A DNA stretch of 64,000 bases from Octopus vulgaris (GCA_951406725.2 OX597817.1:61504001-61568000), one strand, 5' to 3'. Counted from the first letter of the stretch, positions 14,987 to 28,652 are shown. A program made the numbers and translations. The notes: generated by a model from the sequence alone, not told the origin.

Positions 14987-15109
14987 CGTGATTTGTAAAT
15001 GCACTGAAATTCAAAGCGTGTAGTGTTTTTTTTTTATTTTGTAATAGATTTTTTCAAATACGGACATCGTTCATGATGTGAAAGTGACGCCGACATTAGT
15101 TTCGGACCA

Positions 15110-16539
15110 CAACATAATAGAGCTGTCTATGTTTGGGCTGAAAGTAGCCAGAGACATACAGCCTAAAGGCAGCACCCAAAATCTCTCCAATCTGAACTTC
15201 CACGAAGCAGACTGGAAAATGATCCAAAAAGAGGACTGACCGAAATGTCTCTCCACACCTGACATTGGCATGAATCTAGAACGTTTCGTGTTGTTGGATT
15301 TCGACCAGGTAAGAGCTGCCTGGCCCAGCTCTTACAACATTATGACTGGGTGTTGACGCAGTTACTCAACAAATCAAGGTGTATCATGGTATGATATGCC
15401 ACAAACTGCGTGATCTCGGTATAGCTGGAAAACTTGGAGAATGGTTACATGACTTTCTGAAAGATAGAAGTCAGGCAGTAGTGGCCAATGGAGCCATCTA
15501 TATGTAAACACAAATAGTGAGCGGTGTTCCACAGGCTACCGTCCTGGGATCACTGCTTTTCAAAATGGCCCTCTCAGATATGCCCTCAGCTGCCCGGACA
15601 CCCACCCTAGCTAGTTGCACAGACGATACGAAAGTCACGCAAAAAATACAGAGACTTCAACGATGTTGCGCATCTGCAGCAAGAGCTGGACTTAATTTTC
15701 AGATGGGCTGAGGACAATGATATGCAGTTTAATGCTGAAAAATTCCAAGCCCTGCGCTACGAGCATTCAAAACTGAATATAAAACTTACAGGGTTCACTG
15801 ATCCACAGCGGATTACAATCCCAGAGCCTAAATCAGTGAGGGACCTGGGTATCGGCATGAGTGATGATACCTCTTTCCAAGTGCACATTACCAGGATGGT
15901 GGCAAAGTGCAGACGACTGGCTGGATGGATCCTAAGAACGTTCAGAACCAATGAGAAGGAAACTATGATGGCCCTCAGCCGCCTGGATTACTGCTCCCAG
16001 CTATGGGAGTATAAAATTAACAGCCGACCTTGAAGCAATCCAGCGAAGATTCACAAAGATCGTCTCATTGCAACAGCGCAGCTACTGGGAAAAACTGAAA
16101 CGGCTGTGACTCTACACCCTGGAGCGAAAGCGGGATAGGTATGCAGTAATATATATCTGGAAGATCCTGGAAGGAATTCTGCCAAATTTTGGCATTGAAA
16201 GTTACACAAATGCCAGAATGGGTCAACACTGCACAGTGCCAAAGATCTCAACAATGCACTCGCGCTTCAGGACCAGTTACTACAACAGCCTGGGTTTTAG
16301 GAACCCACAGTTTTTTTAATATTCTCCCAAAGAACCTGGGGGACCTACACAAAGTGGATGTAGATGTTTTTAAATGAAAACTGGACCTCTTCCTGCCGAG
16401 AGTCTCAGATGAACCTACCTCGCGGCAAAGAGGTGCAAATGAGGGTAACGATATCAAACTCCCTTATTCACCAAATGCCACATATTGGAGGAGGTTCTCA
16501 ATAACAGTGTAGCATGGCCACAGCTCTGAGCTGAAACTA

Positions 16540-16540
<1 letters not shown>
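15110..16540 (+). mobile_element. CR1/L2-group LINE, 3' part of ORF2 plus tail, decayed
   Basis: SGVPQATVLGSLLF, CTDDTK (from YADDTK), MQFNAEKFQ, VRDLGI, SRLDYCSQLW. Tail 'agcatggccacagctctgagctgaaac'. Confidence 0.9.
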
Positions 16541-16580
<40 letters not shown>

Positions 16581-16819
16581 CAAAGGTGGATATAAGCAAT
16601 ATAAAACCAAAACGGAAGAATTCAATTGTCATTATTTGTGACTGACGGTGCAGGGTAGCAACTACGTTGCTAGAAATAAGAGATAAAAATCCTCTTAGCT
16701 GAGTGGTTTGGCCAAATCCCGACCGTCAGTAGATAGTATTTACCATATAAATCAATGTATGTAGGTAGGTATACGTATGCATATATGTATACATATGCAT
16801 GTATGTATACATATGCATG

Positions 16820-16885
<66 letters not shown>

Positions 16886-17252
16886 GCAATCCCAATTCAG
16901 TTGACTGAGCTACTTAAATTGAAGCACCTTGTTAGGTCTGAGTTATATGCATATGCATAAACTTGGTGCATAAGTGCCGGCCACATGATGTTCTTGCAGT
17001 GTATGCAGATAGATAATAAGACCCATCTGAGTGAAGAAATCTGCTCGTAGCTATTCAGATATGTACTTTATAGTAAAAATACTGTCTATAATATTTACGA
17101 AGCGTAGATTCCGGGATAGGTGAATACAATATGAGTAACAATATTTACATTGGCCAACAGAATGGTAGCAAGATCAATGTAAATACTTTTACTCGGTGAA
17201 GTTGTTAAACATTTTGAAGAAGTTGAACTGTCCTTTCTGTTTGAAGATCATG

Positions 17253-17341
17253 AATCCATCTGACGAAAACGGTTTCTTTGCAATGATATAATGCTCTCAT
17301 TAATCAATTAAAGGAGTCGTTCGAAATAGCCGTTATGAATT
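17253..17341 (+). ncRNA. Degenerate type I hammerhead ribozyme motif
   Basis: aatccat-CTGACGA-[aaacggtttcttt...aaaggagtcgttc]-GAAA-tagccg-TT-atgaatt. Helices I and II pair; helix III has decayed. Confidence 0.55.
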
Positions 17342-17439
17342 GACACCTGTACCTATTTGTTACTCACTTATATTTCATACATAACATAACGTTCCGTGAT
17401 GGTAAGGTCAACAAAAAAAGCACTCCGTCTGGCAAGAGA

Positions 17440-18257
17440 TAAATATTATTTGATAAGCACAAGATATGCTTTTATATGCTGCTAGAAGTTTCATGTGATG
17501 AGAGCATGCCAAACAATATTTTAAAACTTATCTGGTGTCTGAGCACAATCTTTAGGCTCTGCCTACATGGCATAACAAACTAAAAATGTGACAATAGGAT
17601 GAGGGGAAAAGCGAGAAAAAGCGAGAAAGAACCGCTGAAAATTTCGGATCTAGAATTTAGCCGTGTTACAGTTCTTAGATTCAAAAAGGATCTGAGTTCT
17701 TTCAGCTACACATAGCTTACATTTTTTAATCGTTAACATATGGTGTGGAGTTTACGATTATTTTCCACTTTATTGTATGTTGTATGGTGTTCGACTTCAA
17801 GCCCCATACATGATAAAAGTAAAGCTAAGTTGTCTAGCCAGGTATGGTGTTTGAAATCGAACGCCACACCACATACGATTAAGAGGAAAATAGTCGAAAA
17901 CTCTACGCCATATGTTAACGGATCGGAAAAAGGCAAGCCATGCGTAGCTGAAAGAACTCAGATCCTTTTGCTTCTTTCTGTTCCTTTTCCATTTTTCGGT
18001 TTTTCAACCTTCTATTTGTTATATCTACTTCTTTCTCGCCTTTTCTCACTTTTTCTCTCATCCTATCGCCCCATTTTTAGTTTGTTAATCCATATGAGAA
18101 GTGCCTGAAAATTGTGCTGAGACACGGCTAGTGAAAAAATATTGTCTGGTATGCTCTCATCGCATGAAACTATATTATTTGATAAACACAATATATGTTT
18201 TTATGTGCTACTATTAGCTTCATGTGATGAGACCATGCCAGACAATATTTTTTCACT
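17440..18257. mobile_element. Rearranged Penelope-like remnant: ~680-bp imperfect palindrome plus direct repeat
   Basis: Arms 17488-17810 and 17840-18170 are inverted. Both encode a GIY-YIG C-terminus (VWCLKSNATPHTIKRKIVENSTPYVNG; KCKLCVAERTQILF...LNSRSEIFS). 17442-17521 recurs at 18172-18251, ending in (TA)n. Confidence 0.8.
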
Positions 18258-18654
18258 ATATATATATATAATCCCTTGGACTCTAGTTGCGGTCACGCTT
18301 TCCCGTGGTGGTGTTTGCTTGTGTATGTATGTCTATGGTGGTGCATGCGCGTACGCACGTGTGTGAGAAAGAGAGGCAGGACACGTTAAACAAATCATGC
18401 ATTGTACTCGCATGACCAGCTGGAGAGCTTCAGTTACCATGGCCTGGGTACCCGACATTACTCACTTCCTCCCTTCATCTGGCTACCCCCGAAATATGTG
18501 ACATATTCCATAGGACAGGATTAATATAATCCATTGTAGAGTGAATACAAAAGAACAATTCAGTCATTTTCTTGCGCATTGGTATGGGGGTATAATCTCT
18601 CTTTCTTTCTCTCCCCCTCTCTCTCTCTCTATATATATATATACATACATATAT

Positions 18655-18720
<66 letters not shown>

Positions 18721-18722
<2 letters not shown>

Positions 18723-19021
18723 AGTTGCAATGGCCCAGTGGTTAAGGCAGCGAACTCGCGGTCGTAGGATCGTGGTTTCGATTCCCAGACCGGGCGTTGT
18801 GAGTGTTTATTGAGCGAAAACATCTAAAAACTCCACGAGGCTCCGGCAGGCGGGGGGCGATCCCTGCTGTACTCTTTTCCCACAACTTTCTCTCACTCTT
18901 TCTTCTGTTGGCCTGCTCGCTTAGCCAGCGGGGGTGGCGTCATTGAAGGCTAAAACAATGCGAAGCGCATTGTGACCAGCGATGTGTAGCAACATCTGAT
19001 GGCCTGGTCGGTCACAGTGAT

Positions 19022-19028
<7 letters not shown>
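18721..19028 (+). mobile_element. tRNA-derived SINE family C (tRNA-Arg-like head)
   Basis: A box 'tggcccagtgg', anticodon-like 'ctcgcgg', B box 'ggtttcgattccc', non-tRNA body, flanked by (TA)n. A related head lies near 39720. Confidence 0.8.
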
Positions 19029-19063
<35 letters not shown>

Positions 19064-19130
19064 ATTATTATTTTTATTATTTATATATATGGTAGCATAA
19101 CATCAAATAACCTAACGCTGTGTCTTTTCT

Positions 19131-19207
19131 ACTCCTCTGATGAGATTTAATGTTTTCGATTACTGGACTTCAATTCTTTGGGCAAAATCGGAACAGCTGT
19201 AAGAGAA
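19131..19207 (+). ncRNA. Hammerhead ribozyme motif with a core mutation
   Basis: CTGATGA-gattt...aaatc-GGAA(for GAAA)-cagctg-TA-agag, with the palindromic helix III typical of PLE hammerheads. Confidence 0.65.
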
Positions 19208-19591
19208 TAATGCTACATTTCCTTTTTTGGAATTTTAATCTGTATGAATGTATGTATGTACATATAGGTTGTTAGAAGTGATGTACAGATTTTGCATATT
19301 AAGAAAAACGAGGCAGACAGAATTTTGGATACTTCTATATTTAGCGTTTTCGTTCATTGAAATATTTCAGCACGAAAGAATAAATTTACCATTTTATCTT
19401 ACCTAAATCTGTCTTGAACAGTGCTGAAGATCTTACACCGCCATTGTGCCCCAGTGATAAACAACAACAGCTGCCGTTGACATTTGCATTCTTCTCCCAA
19501 GAAATCCGGATGAACAACAAATAAAAAGCTTACATCTTCTTCATTCCTCTCTTAGTTCATCACCATCACCTTCTTCTTCTTCTTTTCTTCT

Positions 19592-19623
<32 letters not shown>

Positions 19624-19810
19624 TTCTTCTTCTTCTTCTTCTTCTTCTTCTTCTTCTTCATCTTACATTATTTTTTTTGTTTTTTTACTTCAATATCTTT
19701 TATATTCCATATAAATATAAATGCATTTATGCACATGCGTATAAAAACGTAAATATATAAATGCCTATGTAAGTGTAAATGAGCACGCATGTACATATTA
19801 TGAATGTGTG

Positions 19811-19841
<31 letters not shown>

Positions 19842-19882
19842 GTGTGTGTGCATTTATGTATGTATATATACGTATGTATATG

Positions 19883-19919
<37 letters not shown>

Positions 19920-20081
19920 TTTATAAATAGGGTTTAGCAACCCTTTGCTTCACCACATACCGAAGTTTAGAAATAGTAGTCAAAAAATCTTAGCTATTCC
20001 TTCTACTTTAAAGGGGGTTCCCAGAAAAACCAAAGCACTTGAAAACAAACCACGCAGGCAAAAGGGAAAAAACGACGAAAA

Positions 20082-20141
<60 letters not shown>

Positions 20142-20142
20142 C

Positions 20143-20194
<52 letters not shown>

Positions 20195-20344
20195 ACATAC
20201 ACGTATATATATGCATATATATGTATATGTATGTATATATATACGTATATATATACATATATATGTATATGTATATATATATATACGTATATGTATGTAT
20301 ATATATACGTATATGATATGTCTATATGAATATATATGTCTATA

Positions 20345-20399
<55 letters not shown>

Positions 20400-21160
20400 C
20401 ATACATATAGACAGGTAGGTAGATAGATGCATTCATATATATCAAGAGTGGGCGTATATAAGTTTATTTCCAGTAATCTCTCCTAATTTCGAAGGCCAAT
20501 TTACATTCCTGGTTTGCGAATCTGGTCTCGGGAACGGTTTTAACATCCTCCTGAAATATAAATATTTAACCAAAAAAAAAAAACATTAAAAAAAACTAAA
20601 TGACAACAAAAACAACAACGACAACAATACTAATAATAATGATGATGATGGTGATGGTTGCCATGGCAATGGGATTAACAATAACAATCCTTTACGACCA
20701 ATTAAAATTTTTTTTGGCGAAAGACTTCCTCTTAAAATTTTTACCCTGACTAATCAGTCATAAAATTTCATGGTGATGATGATCCTCACCAGTTATCATC
20801 CTCATCAACAGCAACAGCAGCAGCAGCAGCAGCAGCAACAGTATCGTCAACAGAAACATTTTATTTAACGTTGATTTCATCACCAACTGTTTTCTCCTCA
20901 TTCTGCGCTTCTCATCTTGGAAGCTGACATACATTAAAACCTCTTTTAGCGAAACTCTACTCTCATATTTAAATAATTATCAGATAAATAAAAAATTGTT
21001 AATGACTAATTTTGGGAAATGCTTAACATTCATAATTCTTTCTAATTTTGGCACAAGGCCAGCAATATTGTTCGTACATCCTCTTCTCAACGTTCACTCC
21101 ACTACCGTCTCATTTGAAAGCTTTTCACTTAATCCATTACTAATTATCTTAAACATTATA

Positions 21161-21630
21161 GGCGCAGGAGTGGTTGTGTGGTAAGTAGCTTGTTTACCAA
21201 CCACATGGTTCCAGGTTCAGTCCCACTGCGTGGCATCTTGGGCAAGTGTCTTCTGCTATAGCCTCGGGCCGACCAAAGCCTTGTGAGTGGATTTGGTAGA
21301 CGGAAACCGAAATAAGCCCGTCGTATATATGTATATATATATATATATATATATGCGTGTGTGTGTTTGTGTGTCTGTATTTGTACCCCTAGCATTGCTT
21401 GACACCCGATGCTGGTGTGTTTGTGTGTCTGTATTTGTCCCCCTAGCATTGCTTGACAACCGATGCTGGTGTGTTTATGTCCCCGTTACTTAGCGGTTCG
21501 GCAAAATAGACCGATAGAATAAGTACTGGGCTTACAAAAGAATAAGTCCCGGGGTCGAGTTGCTCGATTAAAGGCGGTGCTCCAGCATGGCCGCAGTCAA
21601 ATGACTGAAACAAGTAAAAGAGTAAAAGAG
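21161..21630 (+). mobile_element. SINE family A, full length, with internal tandem duplication
   Basis: Complete head, body and tail. A block of about 55 bp 'gtgtgtttgtgtgtctgtatttgt..tagcattgcttgaca..cgatgctg' is duplicated. Confidence 0.9.
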
Positions 21631-22000
21631 TATTATGAAAAGCCTGAAGAAATAGATCAAACAATATTTGTTGGATGTTTCTTTTCTCTCACTACCAAAA
21701 GGATCAAACAGGTTTTTTTTTTTTTACATATTCAAAACTTTATTGAGGTTTTCGAGTCTTCTACTGTAGCCCCGGGTCGACGAGCATGTGTGTGCGCGCG
21801 CGTATTCTGTGTTAAATGAAGAAGGGGTGACGAGTGAAATTTTTTTATAAATCGATTCCCAGGCGTACGGAAACCCACTTTTTTTTTCCGTCGGGAGCTT
21901 GTATTAGACTATTTTCTGTAGCCAATATACGGTGAACATTCATAACCTTAAAGCTTATAATTATCATCATCATCATCCTCATCATTATTATTATTATTAT

Positions 22001-22610
22001 GGCGGCGAGCTGGCAGAAACGTTAGCACGCCGGGCGAAATGCGTAGCCGTATTTCGTCTGCCGTTACGTTCTGAGTTCAAATTCCGCCGAGGTCGACTTT
22101 GCCTTTCATCCTTTTGGGATCAATAAATTAAGTACCAGTGAAGCACTGGGGTCGATGTAATCGACTTAATCCGTTTGTCAGTCCTTGTTTGTCCTCTCTG
22201 TGTTTAGCCCCTTGTGGGTAGTAAAGAAATAGGTATTTCGTCTGTCTTCACGTTCTGAGTTCAAATTCCGCCGAGGTCGACTTTGCCTTTCATCCTTTCG
22301 GGATCAATAAATTAAGTACCAGTGAAGCACTGGGGTCGATGTAATCGACTTAATCCGTTTGTCAGTCCTTGTTTGTCTCCTCTGTGTTTAGCCCCTTGTG
22401 GGTAGTAAAGAAATAGGCATTTCGTCTGCCGCTACGTTCTGAGTTCAAATTCCGCCGAGGTCGACTTTGCCTTTCATCCTTTCGGAGTCGATTAAATAAG
22501 TACCAGTTACGCACTGGGGTCGATATAATCGACTTAATCCTTTTGTCCCCTCTGTCTGTATCCCCTTGTGGGCAGTAAAGAAATAGGTACTTCGCACTGG
22601 GGTCGATGTA
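22001..22610 (+). mobile_element. SINE family B (Meta-domain-like body), three units in tandem
   Basis: Head 'ggcggcgagctggcagaaacgttagc', body 'gcctttcatcctttcggggtcgataaa..agtacc', each unit ending 'ccccttgtgggYagtaaagaaata'. Confidence 0.9.
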
Positions 22611-22632
22611 CAAAGGATTATTATTATAATTG

Positions 22633-22690
<58 letters not shown>

Positions 22691-23115
22691 CATTTAGTAG
22701 TTTTATTTTTATGGTGTGCTTTCACTTCACTACCGAGCGCAGCTCTGTGTGCCTTGGGTATGTGCTGTGATTTGTTGTGATGCTCTGGTGGTTATTGTAT
22801 GGAAAGTGTTCTGCGTAGGATGTGTGCAGTGCCTTGTAGTGCAATTTTCTGTATGTTATATGTGTTTGTAAGTCCTGGTGTTTTTGTTATGTATTTGTCT
22901 GAATATTTTTTATCATGCCTAATGCACCTACTATGATAGGAATTGGTTCTGTTTTTTGACTCCACATTCGAGTTCCCTCCATTTCCAGATCTTTGTATTT
23001 TGAAAGTTTCTTCATTTCTTTTAGAGACTCGTTATCTGCTAGTATTAATACATCAATTAGAAAGCATTTTTTTCCTTCATGATCTCTGACAACTATATCT
23101 GGCCTGTTGGCCTTA
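22691..23115 (-). mobile_element. R4/Dong-clade LINE 3' end (restriction-like endonuclease) inside a (TTA)n tract
   Basis: KANRPDIVVRDHEGKKCFLIDV...KKLSKYKDL...IPIIVGALG...QKIALQGTAHILRRTL with one frameshift. (TTA)n lies on both sides. Confidence 0.85.
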
Positions 23116-23166
<51 letters not shown>

Positions 23167-23790
23167 TACTGAATACATCTATGTATGCATGTGTGTATGT
23201 ATATATGTATGTATGTATGTGTGTGTGCGTGTGTGTACGTGTGTCTATCTTTACCCGCCACTTGACAACCGGTGTTGGTTTGTTTACATCTCTGTAACTT
23301 AGCAGTTCGACTTAAGAAACGAATAGAATAAGTACCGGGAGTTGATTTGCTCGGCTAAACAGTTCAAGGCGGCACCTCAGCATGGCCGTGCTCCAGTGAC
23401 TGAAACGAGTAAAAACTATAAACCCAGGCGGCCCGGGTTCAATCCCTGGCATGGGAACTTATATATCTTCACTGTGTTTTTGTACTTTGTTACAAGAATT
23501 CCTTTTCACAAATCGTCGAAATATACAAATTGTTCAACAGCAATTTTATTCAGCATTTCTGAGAACGCGAATTGCTATATATTGTTTGTTGCTACGGTCA
23601 GTTTCGCTTTGCAATACATTTCCATTCATCGCATATTATTCCATTCTGTGTGAATATATGAAGGTGAGTATAAATGAAGACACTTGAGAAAGGCTACGTA
23701 TCCCCTATTATATATTTCGCATGATCTGAAACCCACGTATTAAATACCTTCAAAATATTATTTGGTTTGACTTCATTATCACAAATATAA

Positions 23791-24084
23791 ACAACGAACA
23801 TCTCTATAGTTTATCGCCAGCATTATTTCTTCCTCTGATGTAAATTTCGCCATTGTTAACCCTTAGCTTGCCCTATGCTTCATATGTTGATACACGGGAC
23901 ATTTTCCATTTCTTTCCATTCTTGAAGTGTTTTGGGGTCCACCTTGATCAATTATTTCACACGTCCTACAACGAACATCTCTATAGTTTATCGCCAGCAT
24001 TATTTCTTCCTCTGATGTAAATTTCGCCATTGTTAACCCTTAGCTTGCCCTATGCTTCATATGTTGATACACGGGACATTTTCC
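23791..24084. repeat. Identical 117-bp direct repeat
   Basis: 23791-23907 equals 23968-24084, separated by 60 bp. Confidence 0.9.
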
Positions 24085-26104
24085 CCCTTGAGTCCATGCA
24101 TTATCCGTCATGCACATTTTCAATTACAACCCTAACACTAACTTGAGACTTATAAAAAGAAAGCTTTATATTCCTCAGAAAGCATGAAGCAAGGATTGAC
24201 TAAAAGTGAGAAAACAAACAAGGACGTTTAGGACAAGCTTAACGAAAAATATTTTGGCCATGAGAAGGATTAAACGTTTTTTGTTTTTTTGGTGGCTGTG
24301 GTTCGGTGGTTGCCTTCATCTGTTAATAATTTTCGATATTTTTAAATTATGTTTCTGAAATTTGATGGTTGGTACAGAACTGTGGCCCAGTGACACTGAA
24401 AAAGTTTTCGTTTTTTACTATTATTAAAAAGAGTAATTTGACGCACCATGCGATCAAATGAACAGCAAATGCTCCTCTGATTAATGCCTGTATTTTTAAA
24501 TCATGCACACTTAGTTTATCATTCCTTCCTGGCAACTATAACGTTGCATAATCGCTTCCACCTTTATGTGAAGACGAAATATTTTTTTAACTTTAAAACA
24601 CATTCGAAAGAAAATAAGAAACTATAAAAAATGCTACGATTTTATAGATTTCTTGAAATGATGCCTTATCTCCTTTCATCTGAAGGGAAACTCCCAACTG
24701 CATGTATTACAACATCCTGTCCTTTATCAGATAATGTGCAAACAGATGTCTTTTATGCCGGCTTCATTTCTTGGCTTAGCAAAAGAACACCTGCTGTAGC
24801 AGTCGTCTCTTTTAGTCTCTGAATAAGGGAGATAACTATTTACAGGAGTATTCCTCTTATCAAACAGAATGACATGAAGCATCCATTATCCTCATGCCAA
24901 TCACTATCTTAACATGTAGCATATGGTCCCGCTTAGCACCGAGCCTCGCTAATAAATACGATTTGTTTGAACTTCACCAGAGACCGGTAACAGAACAAGC
25001 ATTGCCAGGTTTGATTTCATTATTTCAGCGAACGCTAGGAATAAACTGCTTGGCGGCAATTCTTTCAGCTTTACGCTTGGAGTTCAAATTCTGCTGCAAT
25101 TGACTTTGCCAAAATGCTTAGCGGCATTTTCTCCTGCTAAAGTGACATTCAAATTCCTTTGAGGCCCACTTTGCTTTTCATACTTTTGAAGTCGATAAAA
25201 TAATTATCTGATTAGCACTGAGGGCAATGAAATCGACTTGGCTCCTTCCCTAGAATTTGCTGACCTTGCGCCATTGACCAAAGAGGTAAAGGCAGGGAAA
25301 ACATCCAGGACAAGCTCACCTCTGTTTCCTTGATTTTCTGATGGATCTGCTGAGACTAACTCGGACAAAATTTTAGTGGCATTTCTGCGTTCAAATTCCA
25401 CCGAGGTCTTACTTTGTCTTTCATCCTTTGAGAATCGATCAAATAAAATACCGTTCAAGAACTTGGGGTCAATGTAGTCATCACCTCCCCACCCCCACCC
25501 AAATGTTGGCCTTGTGCCAGGATTAGAAATAATTATTTCAGAACGATAGATGATGGGGGTTCTCGTTGGTCCCTTAACTCTTCGATGGTTTTGTAGAGGC
25601 ATCATTGTGACATGCTCCAAGTCTGGCCATAACCGATTTCTTCCAGGAGAGACAAACGGACAAATAGAGAGTAAGAGGGAGAGAAAGACAAGAATCGAAT
25701 CCTGCACAGATTTGGTACTTCATGTCCTGCCGTGACCTTCTTGTGTGGCAGACTGAATCCTTTGAATTACAATCGATCCAGTGGGCTTCTGCACAGTTTC
25801 CATATTTCAAATTTCACAAACAAAGTTTAGGTTTACTGAAAATGACTCTTGCCCAAGATACCATGCCGTGGAGTCGAACCCAGCACCTCTTGATTTCAGA
25901 GCGAACTCTTCGGCCAGGTTGATGGTAGTATTAAATAAGAAAGAAACTGACTGATCCAAGTTTATTCTATCTTACCAGCATTCCGTACAGTTTCCATTTA
26001 CCGCCTGTCCACTCAGTTTCATTCAGACTGTTTGGGTCAATTCGCGGGTTTCACCAAAGCCAAATGCTGTAGGACAGAAGTAGGGGAACTGTCTGCTACT
26101 TACC

Positions 26105-26176
<72 letters not shown>

Positions 26177-26184
26177 CCTCTCTA

Positions 26185-26229
<45 letters not shown>

Positions 26230-26962
26230 CATTCTCTTTCTCTCTCTCTTCCCCCTCTCTCACTACCTCCCTTCATCAATCCTCTGCTTATTTGACCACT
26301 TCTCCCTTCCCACTCCATTCGTCTCTCTTCCTCTCCTTACATTTTGTGTATCCCACCTCCTGACTCCTTAAAACTGATTCTTTCCCTCCCGTCCTTGAAC
26401 CGATTCCAATATTCCTTCCCGAACCTTAGACAGACACCTACGCCATTCAGACTAAATACCAAATGTTTCGATTCTACCCGACTGAGGGCCGCCAGTAAAA
26501 GCCGTATGAGTGAGGGCAGCTGTTCGCCTTCCTCTGATTAGTCTAGAAAATATAATTAGAATAACTACCTTTGCACATGGAAATTTAGAACTAATTACTT
26601 TATAATCGTCTGAGTAATAGGAATAGTGAACTAAATGCGGGAGTAGAAACCTCACGGTATTTATCCCTAAAAGTACTTAATTGATATTCTATATAGAGGT
26701 TGATCTGGGGCTACAGTAGAAGACACTTGCTTACGGTACCGTACAGTAGGATTGAACTCGAAACCATGTGGTTGCAAAGCGAGCATCTTCACTGCACAGC
26801 CACGCCTTGTATACGTGTGTGCATGCATGTCATTGTTCACTTTTATTTCAAGAGAGAAAAAGGCGGTCTCTAACCTAGATCCAAGGCTCCTGCAGTGGAA
26901 TTTCAACATCAACAACGGGGTATTTTTGTATGTATGTATGTATGTATGTATGTATGTATGTA

Positions 26963-28217
26963 CAGGGGTTGGACAAAATAATGGAAACACCTAGCATCAT
27001 ACCGCCATAATTATCTCTAAAACCGTCAAAAGCTTGTTTATTTTTATGTTTTTTGATTTATTATTAGTGTTGCTTAATATGCTTTGCTAAAATGACTGTT
27101 TCTTTTCGGATATCTTCAGAAAAAGATAATTAAAGTTCATTAACATGACAGATCTATTGGACTTTCAAAGAGGTCAAATTGTTGGTGCTTGTATGGCAGG
27201 AGCTAGCATAACAAAAACAGCTGAAATGTTTGGTGTATCATGAAGTATTGTCTCGAAAGTAATGACAGCCTTTGAGAAAGAGGGAAAAACCTCCTCGTCG
27301 AAACAAAACTCTGCAAGAAAACCAAAACTTTCAGATAGGGACCGTCGGACTCTTACGCGAATTGTGAGAAAGGATCACAAACGTACAGCTCCCAAATTAC
27401 TGCAGAGCTTAATGACCACCCAAGAACCCAGTTTCCACAAAAAATGTTCACTGGGAGCTGCATAAAGCTGGATTTCACAGGAGGGCTGCAATCAGAAAAC
27501 CACTACTTTCAAAAACAAACATTGCAAAGCGTTTAGAGTGGAGTAAAAAACCTACAGAATTGGTCCCTAGAGCAGTATAAGAATGTTATTTTCTCGGGCG
27601 ATTCATCCTTCACCTGATTTCCGACCACCAGCCGAGTATACGTGTGGAGACAGCCAAAAGAAGCATTTGACATAGACTGCCTTCTTCCAACTGTTAAACA
27701 TGGGGGAGGATGGATCTGTGATGCTCTGGTGGGCTATATCTTGGAAATCCGCTGACCCAATGGCTTCCTTTCACGGCAGAATTAATAGACTATTTAAGCA
27801 CTTTAGCTGATCAAATTCATCCGGAACTGTTTCCGGAGGGAAACGCAATCTTTCAGGATAATATTGTACCAATTCACACAGCTAAAGTTGTTACTGAATA
27901 GCACGAGGAATATTCAAGTGAAGTTGAACATCTTATCTGGCCACCACAGTCCCCAGATCTCAATATTATTGAACATTTTTGGTGCATTTTAGAAAAACAA
28001 GTAATGGGTCGATATCCTCCACCATCATCACTACAAGAACTGGAGACCGTTTTAGCTGAAGAAGGGACAAAAATTCTTTTGGAAGCAATTCAAACTATGT
28101 ACAAGTCCATACCTCGTAGAATTCAAGCTGTAATTACTGCCAAAAGCGCTCCTACTCCATATTAGAATTAATTTGTTTGAAATTTTAAGGTGTTTCCATT
28201 ATTTTGTCCAAACCCTG
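26963..28217 (+). mobile_element. Tc1 transposon, full length (~1.25 kb), pseudogenised
   Basis: TA-flanked TIRs 'caggggttggacaaaataatggaaacacc'. Transposase from about 27145 to 28164 with stops and frameshifts (WPPQSPDLNIIEH). Confidence 0.95.
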
Positions 28218-28544
28218 TATATACATACGCACACACACACACACACATACACATATATATATGCATGTACACACATACATACATACATACATACATACAT
28301 ACATACATACATACATACATACATACATACATGTGTATGCGCACACACACTGACCCCCACACATGCGCACAAATAAACAAAAAGAACGCATCTCGGAAAA
28401 CGGACAAAGTCAACGATTAATGGAAAAGTTGCAAGACGCAACGGAAATTTTAGAAAAATAAATAAGTAAATGAGTGGAAACTTTACCGGGGAGTGTGTTA
28501 AATTATAAGGTACTAAAAGAGAATGACTCTCTCCAGACACAACA

Positions 28545-28652
<108 letters not shown>

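Noticed and set aside
18721-18795. Possible tRNA-Arg gene
   Set aside because: The acceptor stem does not pair, there is no terminator, and it continues into a SINE body.
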